A stretch of 64,000 nucleotides of DNA from a candidate division WOR-3 bacterium. GTDB taxonomy: Bacteria; Hydrothermota; Tepidihabitantia; Tepidihabitantales; JAOUPE01. Positions 39,421 through 49,853 of the stretch are shown piece after piece (the first letter of the stretch is position 1; each line of letters starts with the position of its first letter). The stretch is taken from positions 332-64,331 of the forward strand of contig JBDRUX010000002.1 in assembly GCA_039801565.1 (NCBI GenBank). Reading direction: 5' to 3'. Under the pieces are notes generated by a model. The model made no database searches. It was given only the letters and a program-made list of their open reading frames with translations, and was not told where the DNA came from. A program made the translations under genes and the position numbers.

Positions 39421-40985
39421 CTTATACCTCCTTTACGCGCAACTAAACTCTCCGCAATCGAGAGGATATTATAAATGAACCAATACAACTGTAATCCAGA
39501 TGGAAAGTTTAAAAAGATTACAGTTAAAAAAAGCGGCATAAATACTGTAAGCGCCATATTCCGTTTATCGGCGCTGGTTAAAAGATTCTGAGCCAAAAAC
39601 GAACCCCCCATCAGAATCGGTAAAATATAAAGGGGGTCTTTTAACGATAAATCTTTAAGCCAAAAGACAAAATTAGCCCGCCGCAAATCAATCGTTGAAC
39701 GTAAAACCGAATAGAGCGCCCAGAAGATTGGTAACTGGATAATTAACGGCAAGCAACCCGAAAGGGGATTGATTTTATAAAGTTTGTACAATTGCATCGT
39801 CTCCCGATTTAATGCTTGGGGGTCATTTTTATAGCGTTTTTTCAATTCTTCCAATTTGGGTTGTAAAAGTTGCATCTGGCGCATCTGTTTAGTAGAACTA
39901 CGCGTCAGCGGCCAAAAGATTACTTTCATTAGAATCGAGAAAATAACCAAGGCGACGCCATAATTGCCAAAAATTCGAAAAAGAAAACCAAGAATTTTTA
40001 AGATAGCATAACTGAAAGGCTTGGGCCAACCTAATTCAATAGTATTTTCTAAACCAAGATTATAGCCTTTTAACAAGTCGTACTTTAAAGGACCTAAGAA
40101 TACGAGGAACTTGGTTTCGTTGGGTATTGATTTTATTCCTGCTGTTAAGGCGATTCGATTGTTAGACAATACCTTAGCAGATACGTTATCGAACTTAACA
40201 TTTAATCCGATTAAGTTTAAAAGAAAGTATTTGGAACGAAGCCCTACCCAATCTAACTTGTCAGTACGGTTTATTCCGTTTTTCAATTTTCTTGCCGTGT
40301 AACCATTGATTGTTTTACCGGCTTTGCAGTAGAAACGAAAATGTGCCAAATCATCGGAGACATTAGGTTCGGTCACGGTTAAACCATCGTCAATTCGCAA
40401 AGTTAATCCATCAGTTGCGCCATCAACTTGGAGGGAGAGATTAAGGGTATAATCCTGGTTTAACCGCCAAATCTTCTTGAATTTTATTACTCGATTTTCG
40501 AGTTCATTTAACTGGAATTTTCCTTCATATTCGATAGTTGAATCAACCAACTTAGTCGTCATCATTAAATCGGATAAATCTAATTCCTTGTTATTAGCTA
40601 ATAGACTATTGGCAAAGAAACTTGAACCTTCGGGAACTAATTCGGCGTTATGTTCTTTCAGCCACACCGATTTAATCACGCCACCTCGATTGGAAAAAGT
40701 AAGCCTTAACTTAGGATTTTCTAATACGGTTGTGGTTTCAGGTAAAGTGGAATCAATTAGTTTCTGGATTTTTGCGGTTGGAGGGGTGGCTTGTTTAATC
40801 GTTTCCGGTTTAATAACTTCTTCACTCTTTTTTTCGCTTTCGGGCGGGACAGAAGAGACGGGTGAGGTGGGGCGGAATAGATACTGCCAGAGAATAAGAA
40901 TTAAGAAGATTATTCCGAAGGCGATGATTATCCGTTTCGTATCATCCATCTTATTGACGATTTTTAAGTTCTGGTACTGGGTCAT
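39378..40985 (-). CDS. yidC: Membrane protein insertase YidC
   Basis: Large periplasmic domain plus conserved C-terminal TM core (…GCLPLIIQLPIFWALY…). Confidence 0.9.
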   Translation of the reverse strand: MTQYQNLKIVNKMDDTKRIIIAFGIIFLILILWQYLFRPTSPVSSVPPESEKKSEEVIKPETIKQATPPTAKIQKLIDSTLPETTTVLENPKLRLTFSNRGGVIKSVWLKEHNAELVPEGSSFFANSLLANNKELDLSDLMMTTKLVDSTIEYEGKFQLNELENRVIKFKKIWRLNQDYTLNLSLQVDGATDGLTLRIDDGLTVTEPNVSDDLAHFRFYCKAGKTINGYTARKLKNGINRTDKLDWVGLRSKYFLLNLIGLNVKFDNVSAKVLSNNRIALTAGIKSIPNETKFLVFLGPLKYDLLKGYNLGLENTIELGWPKPFSYAILKILGFLFRIFGNYGVALVIFSILMKVIFWPLTRSSTKQMRQMQLLQPKLEELKKRYKNDPQALNRETMQLYKLYKINPLSGCLPLIIQLPIFWALYSVLRSTIDLRRANFVFWLKDLSLKDPLYILPILMGGSFLAQNLLTSADKRNMALTVFMPLFLTVIFLNFPSGLQLYWFIYNILSIAESLVARKGGIRWQKLLPVDKPLTS

Positions 40986-41229
40986 AACCGCCAGCCCAGA
41001 ATGGATTGCACCTTAAGACCCTTTTTACACTCAAAAACAATCCTCGGCTTATTCCGTAGCGGCGCAACGCAAGAATTGAATATTCCGAACAGGATGGATA
41101 AAACCGACAAGTGTTAGGCAATAATGGGGAAATTAGCTGCTGGTAGCAATGAATTAAAAAGACCAATAAATTACATATCAATTTTTTACTCCTTTGGCTA
41201 ATGACAAAAGTTCCTCTTGTAATTGCCAA
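40951..41229 (-). CDS. yidD: Membrane protein insertion efficiency factor YidD
   Basis: YQQLISPLLPNTCRFYPSCSEY signature. Confidence 0.85.
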   Translation of the reverse strand: MAITRGTFVISQRSKKLICNLLVFLIHCYQQLISPLLPNTCRFYPSCSEYSILALRRYGISRGLFLSVKRVLRCNPFWAGGYDPVPELKNRQ

Positions 41230-41513
41230 TAGGTCTTACCCACCGCATTGGGGTGGGCTTGGATGACATATTCAAATCCTTCAGTAAAAGATTCTTTGTT
41301 CCGGCGATAGATTTCGCGGAGTCGGCGTCGGATTAAATTTCTCATTACCGCAGTCTTGATATCTTTGGCGACTAAGAAGGCAACCCGTTTTCGATTGGCA
41401 GGCAGGTAGCGTAGCGTCAAATTTTCCGTTTGTCGGTGACCACCCTTTTTCAAAACTTGTTCAATCTCCTTCCGTTTTCGAATGATTTCATACTTCTTTA
41501 AGGTTTGGCGCAT
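41178..41513 (-). CDS. rnpA: Ribonuclease P protein component
   Basis: Basic ~110-aa protein with RNR-like motif (LIRRRLRE) immediately downstream of rpmH. Confidence 0.85.
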   Translation of the reverse strand: MRQTLKKYEIIRKRKEIEQVLKKGGHRQTENLTLRYLPANRKRVAFLVAKDIKTAVMRNLIRRRLREIYRRNKESFTEGFEYVIQAHPNAVGKTYWQLQEELLSLAKGVKN

Positions 41514-41540
41514 AATTCATAGTCAGATTGTCGCAATTGT

Positions 41541-41678
41541 TTATACCGCCAGCCGTTTCCTTCCTTTTTTTCGCCGCCGCTTGAGCACTTTCTGACCGCC
41601 TTTGGTTCGCATTCGAGCCCGGAACCCATGGGTCCGCTGCCGTTTAATTTTTGATGGTTGATAAGTTCTTTTTGGCAT
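41541..41678 (-). CDS. rpmH: 50S ribosomal protein L34 (absent from the ORF track, <60 aa)
   Basis: Translation [45 protein letters not shown]; RBS aaagaggtg upstream; canonical rpmH–rnpA order. Confidence 0.9.
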   Translation of the reverse strand: MPKRTYQPSKIKRQRTHGFRARMRTKGGQKVLKRRRKKGRKRLAV

Positions 41679-41845
41679 AAATCACCTCTTTTTCAATTAT
41701 TGAAAATCTTGGGCAACTTAATCTTGATTTTAATCCTTTTCGAGTTGTCACCCTAATTTGCATTATAAAACAAAGATTGATAAAGTCAAGGATTATTAAA
41801 ACAAAAACTTCTTGACTTTGCAAGCAACTGGTTTATTATTCCCGT

Positions 41846-42961
41846 ATGAACTATCGTCTTTTCCAAATCATTGGGATTAATTTAGTTCTAATCGTCTTCA
41901 TTTCAAGTTGTCAGAAAAGAGAAACCGAAGGTATGCTTTGCTGGCGCTTTAGGACCGATGGCGATGTTTATTCATCACCCGCAATTGGTTGGGATGGGAC
42001 AATCTATTTTGGTTCTAATGACGGTAAGCTCTATGCCTTAAATCCGGATGGCACAATGAAATGGCAATTTTTGACCGCTAATCAAGTATCCGCTTCGCCG
42101 GCGATTAGTTCAGATGGTACTGTCTATTTCCGTTCTTGGGATTATTATCTTTATGCTTTAAATTCTGATGGCACTTTAAAATGGCGGTTTCTCACCGATG
42201 GGGTTGGAACATCTTCACCTGCCATTGGGCCTGACGGCGTCATTTATGTTGGTTCAGCCGATAAAAATCTTTATGCAGTAAGTCCGGATGGCAGCGAAAA
42301 GTGGCGGTTTCGGACTAATGGTAATATCTTTTCCTCACCAGCGGTAGATTCTTTGGGCACGGTCTATTTTGGTTCGGAAGATTCTTGCCTCTATGCGATT
42401 AATTCTGATGGCAGATTAAAATGGCGATTCAAAACCAATGATAAGATTCATTCTTCACCGGCAATTGGTTTGGATGGAACAATCTATATCGGCTCTTTTG
42501 ACCATAATCTCTATGCGATAAACCCTAATGGTACCGAAAAGTGGCGATATGCGACTGGGGAGATTGTCAAATCTTCACCAGCGATTGGTCCGGATGGTAC
42601 TATTTATGTCGGTTCGCGTGACCATTTCCTCTATGCCTTAAACCCGAACGGCACAATGAAATGGTGTTACAAAACCGATGGTGCAATAATTTCTTCCCCA
42701 GCCATTGGTTCCGATGGCACAATCTATATCGGTTCAAGGGATAGTTGCTTATACGCAATAAGCGCTGACGGTTCTTTAAAATGGCGATACAAAACTGACG
42801 ATAATGTTGAATCTTCACCAACGATAGATGCGAAGGGAACAATCTATTTTGGTTCCAATGATAATCACTTCTATGCGGTATTCGGTTCAGGAGCAATTGC
42901 TTTGGCTCCTTGGCCAAAATTCCGCGGTAACTTAAAAAATACTGGTTTTAGCGACCAATAA
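41846..42961 (+). CDS. PQQ-like β-propeller repeat lipoprotein (BamB-like)
   Basis: Lipobox ISSC; eight repeats of the type GxDGxLYALNxDGTxKWxF. Confidence 0.7.
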   Translation: MNYRLFQIIGINLVLIVFISSCQKRETEGMLCWRFRTDGDVYSSPAIGWDGTIYFGSNDGKLYALNPDGTMKWQFLTANQVSASPAISSDGTVYFRSWDYYLYALNSDGTLKWRFLTDGVGTSSPAIGPDGVIYVGSADKNLYAVSPDGSEKWRFRTNGNIFSSPAVDSLGTVYFGSEDSCLYAINSDGRLKWRFKTNDKIHSSPAIGLDGTIYIGSFDHNLYAINPNGTEKWRYATGEIVKSSPAIGPDGTIYVGSRDHFLYALNPNGTMKWCYKTDGAIISSPAIGSDGTIYIGSRDSCLYAISADGSLKWRYKTDDNVESSPTIDAKGTIYFGSNDNHFYAVFGSGAIALAPWPKFRGNLKNTGFSDQ

Positions 42962-42963
42962 AT

Positions 42964-43518
42964 ATGGCTAAAAAACTTATTATGGTGGGAAAGGAAAGTC
43001 TTATTGTAGTTTTGGTTTCAGTAATACTGGCAGGCGCTGTAATCATCTGCTGTGCTAAAACGGAAACTCAAACTTCAATCGTCATCAAAGAGTTAGGCTT
43101 CATAATGAAAGTGCCAAAGGGTTGGAAAGTTGGTGAACCTTCGCTAAAAAGGGACAAAAAATGGCTTGTTACTAAAGATGGCGATCATTGCTTCCCAGCG
43201 GAAAAGAATTCTTATCCTTTTGGCAGAGTTTGGACCTTTCCGGCTGAAAACTTTTCTTCCCTTGATGAATATGTCCACACGATACCTACTTTGCATGGTA
43301 AGACTCTGCAGGAGTCGGCTATTACAGTTTGTGGATTTGATGGCATTGAGGTTATTGGTTCAGGGATTGGCGAGAATCAGATTCCAGTTAAAGGAATCTA
43401 TCAATACTTTGCCAAAGATGATAATTTCATTGTTGCTTCGTTTTTGACCATTGCTGATTCTTTCCTTCAACAGGAATCAATTTTCCGGGCGGCTTTAAAA
43501 ACGATTATTATAAAATGA
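42964..43518 (+). CDS. Hypothetical protein with N-terminal signal/TM segment
   Basis: ORF only; translationally coupled to the upstream gene. Confidence 0.35.
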   Translation: MAKKLIMVGKESLIVVLVSVILAGAVIICCAKTETQTSIVIKELGFIMKVPKGWKVGEPSLKRDKKWLVTKDGDHCFPAEKNSYPFGRVWTFPAENFSSLDEYVHTIPTLHGKTLQESAITVCGFDGIEVIGSGIGENQIPVKGIYQYFAKDDNFIVASFLTIADSFLQQESIFRAALKTIIIK

Positions 43519-43736
43519 TATAGTGAATGATATAAGACCTTTGGCTCAAGTGGTGACTGATGGTTACTCGGTTCAACAAACATTGGATGGTGGATATACC
43601 ATTGGCGACTGGATCTTAGTGTGTCGATGGATGTGATGAAACACAGAAGAAGTTAACCTCAGAAACCAATCCCCTGACCGGCTTTCCAATCACTCTTCCA
43701 ACTAACTTATCTTCTAACTTCAGAGTTATTCTTCTT

Positions 43737-43898
43737 GCCAACCTATCCGTCAACTTGCAAATCAATATCCGAACTGGCTTGCAAACCTTTCTTCAAACCA
43801 AATCCCTAAGCAACCGATTGGGCAAACCTAAGACCTAACTCCGATACTGTCCCCTATACCGCCTACAGGGTAGCCAGGGGCTAGCCCCGGGCTAGCCC
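43737..43898. repeat. Second degenerate 9-13-bp-period array ending in two GGCTAGCC palindromes, related to the 22428-22631 array
   Basis: …agggtagccaggggctagccccgggctagccc (compare 22603 agggtagccgggtgggtaaacc); recurring (A)ACC/TCC/GCC ends every 9-13 nt; ORF-free 740-bp gap. Confidence 0.45.
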
Positions 43899-44137
43899 TT
43901 AATGATATGTCGAGATGATATAAGGCTCTGAAAATAAATAAGTTAACTGAAATTTAGAAAAATTAATGTTTTTAGGGAAAATTTCCATTCGTCTAAGATA
44001 GAAAAGTTACCTACCAAATACTCCTGAAGGATAAACAGAGCATAATTAAACTTCCTGAATGCTAACCTGCTTGGATTATTAAGAGTTAGTTTACTCCTAT
44101 ACTTTCTGAAGTTGAAAACTCAAAAAATAAATTTTAA

Positions 44138-44165
44138 TTGACTTTCGAGGTTTATTTAATATAAT
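44138..44165 (+). promoter_or_regulatory. Near-consensus sigma70-type promoter upstream of tldD (TTGACT-N16-TATAAT)
   Basis: ttgact ttcgaggtttatttaa tataat, about 95 nt upstream of the ATG at 44260. Confidence 0.45.
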
Positions 44166-44259
44166 GAATAACTTGGTGAGATAAAACTTTAGCAAGATAT
44201 TATCAATGCAAAAATTGCCGATGTTCGAACAAGTCACAACTTTATACTAAGGAGGCGAT

Positions 44260-45696
44260 ATGGCTAAAGATTTAATCAATTTGGCATTAGATACCGTTAA
44301 AGCTTTGGGCGCAACTTATGCCGATGTCCGGTTGATTCGGCACCAGACCGAACAGATTACGGTGAAGAATCAAAGGGTCGAGGTTTTGAAACGGGACCAA
44401 GATGCTGGTATCGGTATTAGAGTGATTGCCCAAGGCTGTTGGGGTTTTGCCGCTACGGCAAAATTGGATAAAAAGAGTATCGAGCGAACTGCCGGTTTAG
44501 CGGTTAAGGTAGCCAAGGCAAGTGCCCGTCTGAAGGATAAGGATGTGATGCTCTCTGAAGCTGAGAAGGTAACCGATACTTATCAGACCAAAATTGAAAT
44601 TGACCCATTTTCGGTGTCACTCGATGAAAAGATAAACTTGCTTTTAAATGTCAACCAGACAATGCTAAAGGTGAAAGGAATTAAAGTGTGTAATTCTGAA
44701 CTCTATTTTTCCAAGAAGTATCAGGTTTTTGGTTCGACCGAGAATTCTTATATTGAGCAGACGATTTATCAGTCCGGTGGTTACATTGATGCTACTGCGG
44801 TTAAGGGTAATATTACTGGCGAACGCTCCTATCCAGGAATGCACGGTCATTACAAATGTGCCGGTTACGAATTTATTAAAAGTCTGGATTTTTTAGCCAA
44901 TGCCGAGCGGGTGGCAGAAGAAGCGGTCGCTTTGACCAAAGCCAAAGAATGCCCGAAGATTGAAACAACTGTTATCCTTGATGGTTCAATGGTGGCAATT
45001 CAGGTGCACGAGACGGTTGGTCATCCAACCGAACTGGACCGTGTCTTGGGGACCGAAGTGAGTTTAGCCGGTAAGAGTCATCTTACACTGGATAAATTAA
45101 ATAGTTTTCGGATGGGTTCGGATATTGTGAACATAACCGCTGATGCTACAATTGAAGGTGGTTTGGGTTCATTTGGTTATGATGACGAAGGGGTTCGGGC
45201 ACAAAGGGTTTATTTGATTAAAGATGGTATCTTTTGCGGTTATTTGACATCAAGAGAGACCGCCAAGGTTTTAAATCAACGCAGTAATGGCACGATGCGG
45301 GCGGATTCCTGGGCATCAATCCCTTTGATTAGAATGACCAATATCAACTTAGAACCAGGAACCTGGAAATTTGAAGACTTATTAGCGGATACCGAAGATG
45401 GAATCTATTTTGAATCGGCTGGTAACCCATCAATTGACGATAAGAGACTTAATTACAACATCCATTCCGAGATTGGTTGGATTATTAAGAATGGGAAGAG
45501 GACCGAAATGATCAGGCGACCGAGTTTTACTGGGATATCTTATGAGATTTGGCGCAATTGTGATGCGATATGTTCTAAGGATTACTGGGAAGTTTGGGGC
45601 GTGCCGAATTGCGGCAAAGGTGACCCTGGACAAACAATGCAGGTGGGACATGGTGCTGCCCCGGCAAGATTTCGTAAGATTAAAGTTGGTAGTTGA
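44260..45696 (+). CDS. tldD: TldD-family metallopeptidase
   Basis: HETVGHPTELDR HExxxH motif; TldD/PmbA fold; 478 aa. Confidence 0.85.
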   Translation: MAKDLINLALDTVKALGATYADVRLIRHQTEQITVKNQRVEVLKRDQDAGIGIRVIAQGCWGFAATAKLDKKSIERTAGLAVKVAKASARLKDKDVMLSEAEKVTDTYQTKIEIDPFSVSLDEKINLLLNVNQTMLKVKGIKVCNSELYFSKKYQVFGSTENSYIEQTIYQSGGYIDATAVKGNITGERSYPGMHGHYKCAGYEFIKSLDFLANAERVAEEAVALTKAKECPKIETTVILDGSMVAIQVHETVGHPTELDRVLGTEVSLAGKSHLTLDKLNSFRMGSDIVNITADATIEGGLGSFGYDDEGVRAQRVYLIKDGIFCGYLTSRETAKVLNQRSNGTMRADSWASIPLIRMTNINLEPGTWKFEDLLADTEDGIYFESAGNPSIDDKRLNYNIHSEIGWIIKNGKRTEMIRRPSFTGISYEIWRNCDAICSKDYWEVWGVPNCGKGDPGQTMQVGHGAAPARFRKIKVGS

Positions 45697-45708
45697 CAGG
45701 AGGAAAAG

Positions 45709-47040
45709 ATGTTAGATAAGAATCGAACCCGTGAGTTATTAGAAATCGGGCTAAAGAGTGTTAAAGCCGACCAGATTGAAGTAGGCATCTTTTCAACCGA
45801 ACGAGGAACTACGAGGTTTGCTAATTCAATAATCCATCAGAATATGGTGGTGGAAAGTCCTTATCTCTGGGCAAGGGTGATCTTAAAAAATAAGATTGGC
45901 GGTATTGCTACCAAGGAACTGCATCCTGAAGGAGTTAAAAATGCAATGCAAAAAGCCTTGGAATTGGCAGAACATCAGAAACCAGATAAGGAATTCAAAA
46001 GTTTGCCTAAGCCCGGAGCAAAAAGACGGATTGGTTTGAAAAAAGAGCCAGTCTTTGTGACCCCGGAAGAACGGGCAAAGGCGGTTGAGCAAATCGTTAA
46101 GGTCTGTAAAAAAGATAATCTCGAAGCCGCGGGTGTGATTCATACTAGCCGTTATAGTTTGGGTGTGGCTAATTCCTTAGGAATCTTCAATTACGATTGG
46201 TCAGCCGATACTTGGGTTTCAATCACTGCAATGTCAGACGATAGTTCGGGTTATGCGAGCGCTTATGTAAAAAATTTCGATGATGTTGATTTTACTGCCT
46301 TGGCAGAAAAGGCAGTGGAAAAAGCAATCGCCAGTAAGAATCCAATCGAAATTGAACCGGGTAAATATACGGTTCTATTAGAAGAACCAGCAGTAGCTGA
46401 ACTTATCTCTTTCTTAGACTTTTATGAATTCGGTGCTAAAGCTTATGACGAAAGGCGTAGCGTTATCTCAAAAAAGATGGGGAAAAGAATAACCGGTAAG
46501 AATATCACAATTATTGAAGATGCCTATCATCCCAAAACGATTGGTTTGCCTTTTGACTTTGAAGGAGTACCGAAGAAGAAAGTCGTGATTATTCAAAACG
46601 GAATTGCCAAGAATGTGGTCTTTGATTCATTCTACGCCCAAAAATTGGGCAAAAAGAATACCGGTCATGCTTTACCCCAACCTAATACAATGGGTCCTTT
46701 ACCATTGAACCTTGTGATTAAACCAGGTAAGATTCCAAGAGCCAAGATGATCGAAGCGATTGAGAAAGGAATTCTGGTTACTCGGTTCTGGTATACCCGA
46801 ATGGTTGACCCGGATAAGACCTTGCTAACTGGAATGACCCGAGATGGGACTTTCTTGATTGAGGATGGAAAGATTACTAAAGGTTTAAAGAATATGCGGT
46901 TTTTGATTAATGTCTATGAGACCTTAAAATCGGTTCGGCTGATTTCAAAAGAGACGGTACTTTGTGGTGAAGGTATTTCTGTGGTAGCACCAGCAATGGT
47001 GATAGATAACTTCAATTTCGCCAGCAAGACTCATTATTAG
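45709..47040 (+). CDS. pmbA: TldE/PmbA-family protein
   Basis: TldD/PmbA family without the HExxxH motif; partner of tldD. Confidence 0.8.
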   Translation: MLDKNRTRELLEIGLKSVKADQIEVGIFSTERGTTRFANSIIHQNMVVESPYLWARVILKNKIGGIATKELHPEGVKNAMQKALELAEHQKPDKEFKSLPKPGAKRRIGLKKEPVFVTPEERAKAVEQIVKVCKKDNLEAAGVIHTSRYSLGVANSLGIFNYDWSADTWVSITAMSDDSSGYASAYVKNFDDVDFTALAEKAVEKAIASKNPIEIEPGKYTVLLEEPAVAELISFLDFYEFGAKAYDERRSVISKKMGKRITGKNITIIEDAYHPKTIGLPFDFEGVPKKKVVIIQNGIAKNVVFDSFYAQKLGKKNTGHALPQPNTMGPLPLNLVIKPGKIPRAKMIEAIEKGILVTRFWYTRMVDPDKTLLTGMTRDGTFLIEDGKITKGLKNMRFLINVYETLKSVRLISKETVLCGEGISVVAPAMVIDNFNFASKTHY

Positions 47041-47237
47041 AAATGAATTAAATTATCGAAATTGTAAAGAAGAGGAGGTCGCAAGCACTTGTTGAACCTG
47101 GCGTTTTAGCCAAAGTCGAATTTTCACACACTCTCTATCGTCAATAAGGATTGGTCGCTTAAAAGACTTTGAGGATAGCGGTAATTTACGAATAACTTTT
47201 GATTCAAAAATTAACACTTTGCTCAAAAGTAGATGAT

Positions 47238-49808
47238 TTATTCAAGAAGGACTAATTTGCTAATCAATTTTGCCTTATTCTCTTTTTGTTTCGTAACTTC
47301 ACTTGAGGAATAGATTAAGATAAAATATACCCCTTTGTTTAATTTCTTGCCCTTAGAATCTTTGCCGTTCCAGATGATTTTATCGTTACTCAATGAGAAT
47401 TCGGTAACTTTTTTACCTAAGGCATTGAAGATTTTCAAAACAGCACCTTCTTCAGTTTCAATATAAAATCTTTTGCCCAAAGTCGGATAGATTTTTGATT
47501 TACCCTCTCGCTTTTCATCTTCGATTCCGTAAATATTGTCTTTTATCATCCCTAATCTGCTTTCTCTTTCTATATAGACATATAAACGATTATTGGAAAA
47601 GTCAAAGCGACGTCTTTTATGCAAATGTGCCCGACTCATTTCAGGAAAAGTTGCCACTATCTGATTGGTTTGACAATCAACAATCTTTACTGGTTCAAAC
47701 CCAATATGGGTATCAAGGGGTGAAAAATATAACTTATTGTTTAACCTGTTCCAAAATAGACCTGTAACAAAGCCCGGTTGTCCGCCCAATATCGAATCGC
47801 ATAGGTTATTGGTATTACAATCCCACACATATATTTTATTGACATTTGAGGGGGAATGATAGTCCAATGCCAGGTATAATTTATCATCAATCTCGTTATA
47901 TTCACTACGGGTGAAAGTTCGGGGGTAGACAAAAGGTAAATAACCAATCAGGCTATCATTAAATCGGTCATACATTCCTTTTCCAGCATAAACCCGTAAG
48001 TCGCCATGAGTCCGAAAGTGAATGTCGCCACGCAAAATGTTGGTATCGCGCTTTATTACGGTGTCTTTAAAGCAATCTATTACCACCATACCACCATCAT
48101 TGCCAATCATATAAACTTTATTGGTTAAAGAATCAAATTCGATATCCCCTTCTTGGTCAGCAGAATGGGTTGTATTCAATATCTTTACAATTGAATCACG
48201 AGAACAATCAATTACATAACTTATTGGCCAGCCATAATAAGAAATATCCAGGGTGTATAGTTTATCAACGATTGGGCTATAAGCAAAGCGATAATATGAA
48301 ATTAAACGACCAAGCGTTTTAATCACACTGTCGGTTCGGCTATCCAAGACCGCGATATAATGAGGATAGGAGACATAAATTTTGTTATGGAATGGAGCGA
48401 AACCAAAGTCAGCTAAACCATAACCTCTGGGCGCAACTTTAACCTGATGGATTGGTCTTTGATTCTCGCTGTTAAAAACAAAGATGTAAGGACGATAGTT
48501 ATTCGCGCAGTAAAGTTTATGCTCAAGGGGATTTAATAAGATACCATTTACACATTGGGTACCATTGTAGATAACTCCCTTGACAGCATGGTTTAAACAA
48601 TCAAAGACAATGATTGCCTCACCCATACCTCGGTCAATATAAATTTTTCCCCTAATTAAATGAAGAAATGGTCTAGCCTCACCACCCATTTCATCGGGCA
48701 ATCCATGACGACTCACTGTATGAGTTGATAAGTCAATAACGATTAAGGTATCGTCACTAAAGCAGTATAATTCATTTTGCGGTGGGTAAAAACGGAGGCC
48801 GGGTCCGGTCATCACAGACACAAATATTGAATCAATTATTCTACCAGAAAGGATGTCAACAATGTAAACATATCTTGAACCGGAATAAGTGTAGTAAATC
48901 TTTTGGTCTACTGAGTTAAGGTCAAATCCGAAGCCGTCTTCAGGTGAATTGGCAATGTCAATCCGTTGAATCTTTTGATTGGTCCAGCAATCAATCTCAT
49001 AAATTGAGATGTCGCAACTTTCGGTGCTAACCGAAACATAGAGCCGATTTCTTATTGTATCTATCTCATACTCGTTTTGGTCAAAAATTAACTCAGGCAA
49101 AGGAATTGTGGTAAGAATGCTATCAGCATTACAATCAATGACCACTAACCCTATGGTATCAGAAATTTTAACTCGCCCAATTGCATACAGACAGTTGTTA
49201 ACCGGATTCCATTTTAATGATGGGTAGTAATCGTAAAAGTAACTAAAAATTCTGAATCTTACTGTCTTGGTAATTTGATGGCTATTGCCATCAATCACAT
49301 AGATAAGGGTATCCAAGTCTGAACTAGCACCGTTATTTTCTTTTACCAGATAGACTTTGTTACTAATTGGACTGACACAAAACTGGGCTTCGTTTCCGAA
49401 GCCAAAACTCCTGCGTGGAAAAGGAATGATACCAATAGTTTGCCGGGTCCGACAGTCAACAATATGTAGACTATCATAATATGAACGATAAGGCTTGCAC
49501 CAGATATAAAGACAATTATTACTCGGGTTCCATTCCAACCACCCGGGACAACTTGCTTGGTCGCCATTAATTCGGATTGGCTCGACCTTTTCATCGTTTT
49601 CACAGTCAATGGTTACAAAGGTTTCATTAAAGCCAATAAGATAAATTTTGTCATCAATTGAGTTCCAAACCATTTTGCTTGTTCCGCAGGTTCCACTAAA
49701 GCTATCAGGCATATAGAGGTAACCTTCAAACCACTGGGCGGTTGATAAAACAGGGGTTTGTAAGCAAAAAACAAATAGATGTAGAAACAAAATTTCCAAT
49801 TTTTTCAT
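47238..49808 (-). CDS. YVTN-type β-propeller repeat secreted protein with T9SS C-terminal sorting domain
   Basis: Signal peptide; about 13 repeats of Y(V/I)(I/V)DCxTxx(I/V) (YVIDCSRDSIV, VVIDCFKDTVI, YVWDCNTNNL…); C-terminal KIFNALGKKVTEF…KGVYFILI CTD. Confidence 0.7.
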   Translation of the reverse strand: MKKLEILFLHLFVFCLQTPVLSTAQWFEGYLYMPDSFSGTCGTSKMVWNSIDDKIYLIGFNETFVTIDCENDEKVEPIRINGDQASCPGWLEWNPSNNCLYIWCKPYRSYYDSLHIVDCRTRQTIGIIPFPRRSFGFGNEAQFCVSPISNKVYLVKENNGASSDLDTLIYVIDGNSHQITKTVRFRIFSYFYDYYPSLKWNPVNNCLYAIGRVKISDTIGLVVIDCNADSILTTIPLPELIFDQNEYEIDTIRNRLYVSVSTESCDISIYEIDCWTNQKIQRIDIANSPEDGFGFDLNSVDQKIYYTYSGSRYVYIVDILSGRIIDSIFVSVMTGPGLRFYPPQNELYCFSDDTLIVIDLSTHTVSRHGLPDEMGGEARPFLHLIRGKIYIDRGMGEAIIVFDCLNHAVKGVIYNGTQCVNGILLNPLEHKLYCANNYRPYIFVFNSENQRPIHQVKVAPRGYGLADFGFAPFHNKIYVSYPHYIAVLDSRTDSVIKTLGRLISYYRFAYSPIVDKLYTLDISYYGWPISYVIDCSRDSIVKILNTTHSADQEGDIEFDSLTNKVYMIGNDGGMVVIDCFKDTVIKRDTNILRGDIHFRTHGDLRVYAGKGMYDRFNDSLIGYLPFVYPRTFTRSEYNEIDDKLYLALDYHSPSNVNKIYVWDCNTNNLCDSILGGQPGFVTGLFWNRLNNKLYFSPLDTHIGFEPVKIVDCQTNQIVATFPEMSRAHLHKRRRFDFSNNRLYVYIERESRLGMIKDNIYGIEDEKREGKSKIYPTLGKRFYIETEEGAVLKIFNALGKKVTEFSLSNDKIIWNGKDSKGKKLNKGVYFILIYSSSEVTKQKENKAKLISKLVLLE

Positions 49809-49853
49809 ATCTGAACCCTTTTTATTTTATCATGGCGTCTGGTATCACCGTTT

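Noticed and set aside
41680-41845. Possible oriC/DnaA-box cluster upstream of rpmH
   Set aside because: No TTATCCACA-like 9-mers or repeated AT-rich 13-mers were seen, only a single ttgataaag-like sequence.
43840-43860. ctgtcccct resembling the IS inverted-repeat core (atgtcccct)
   Set aside because: Only a 8-9 nt match, without the flanking caaagc…aaaat part of the IR. Most likely chance within the GC-rich array.
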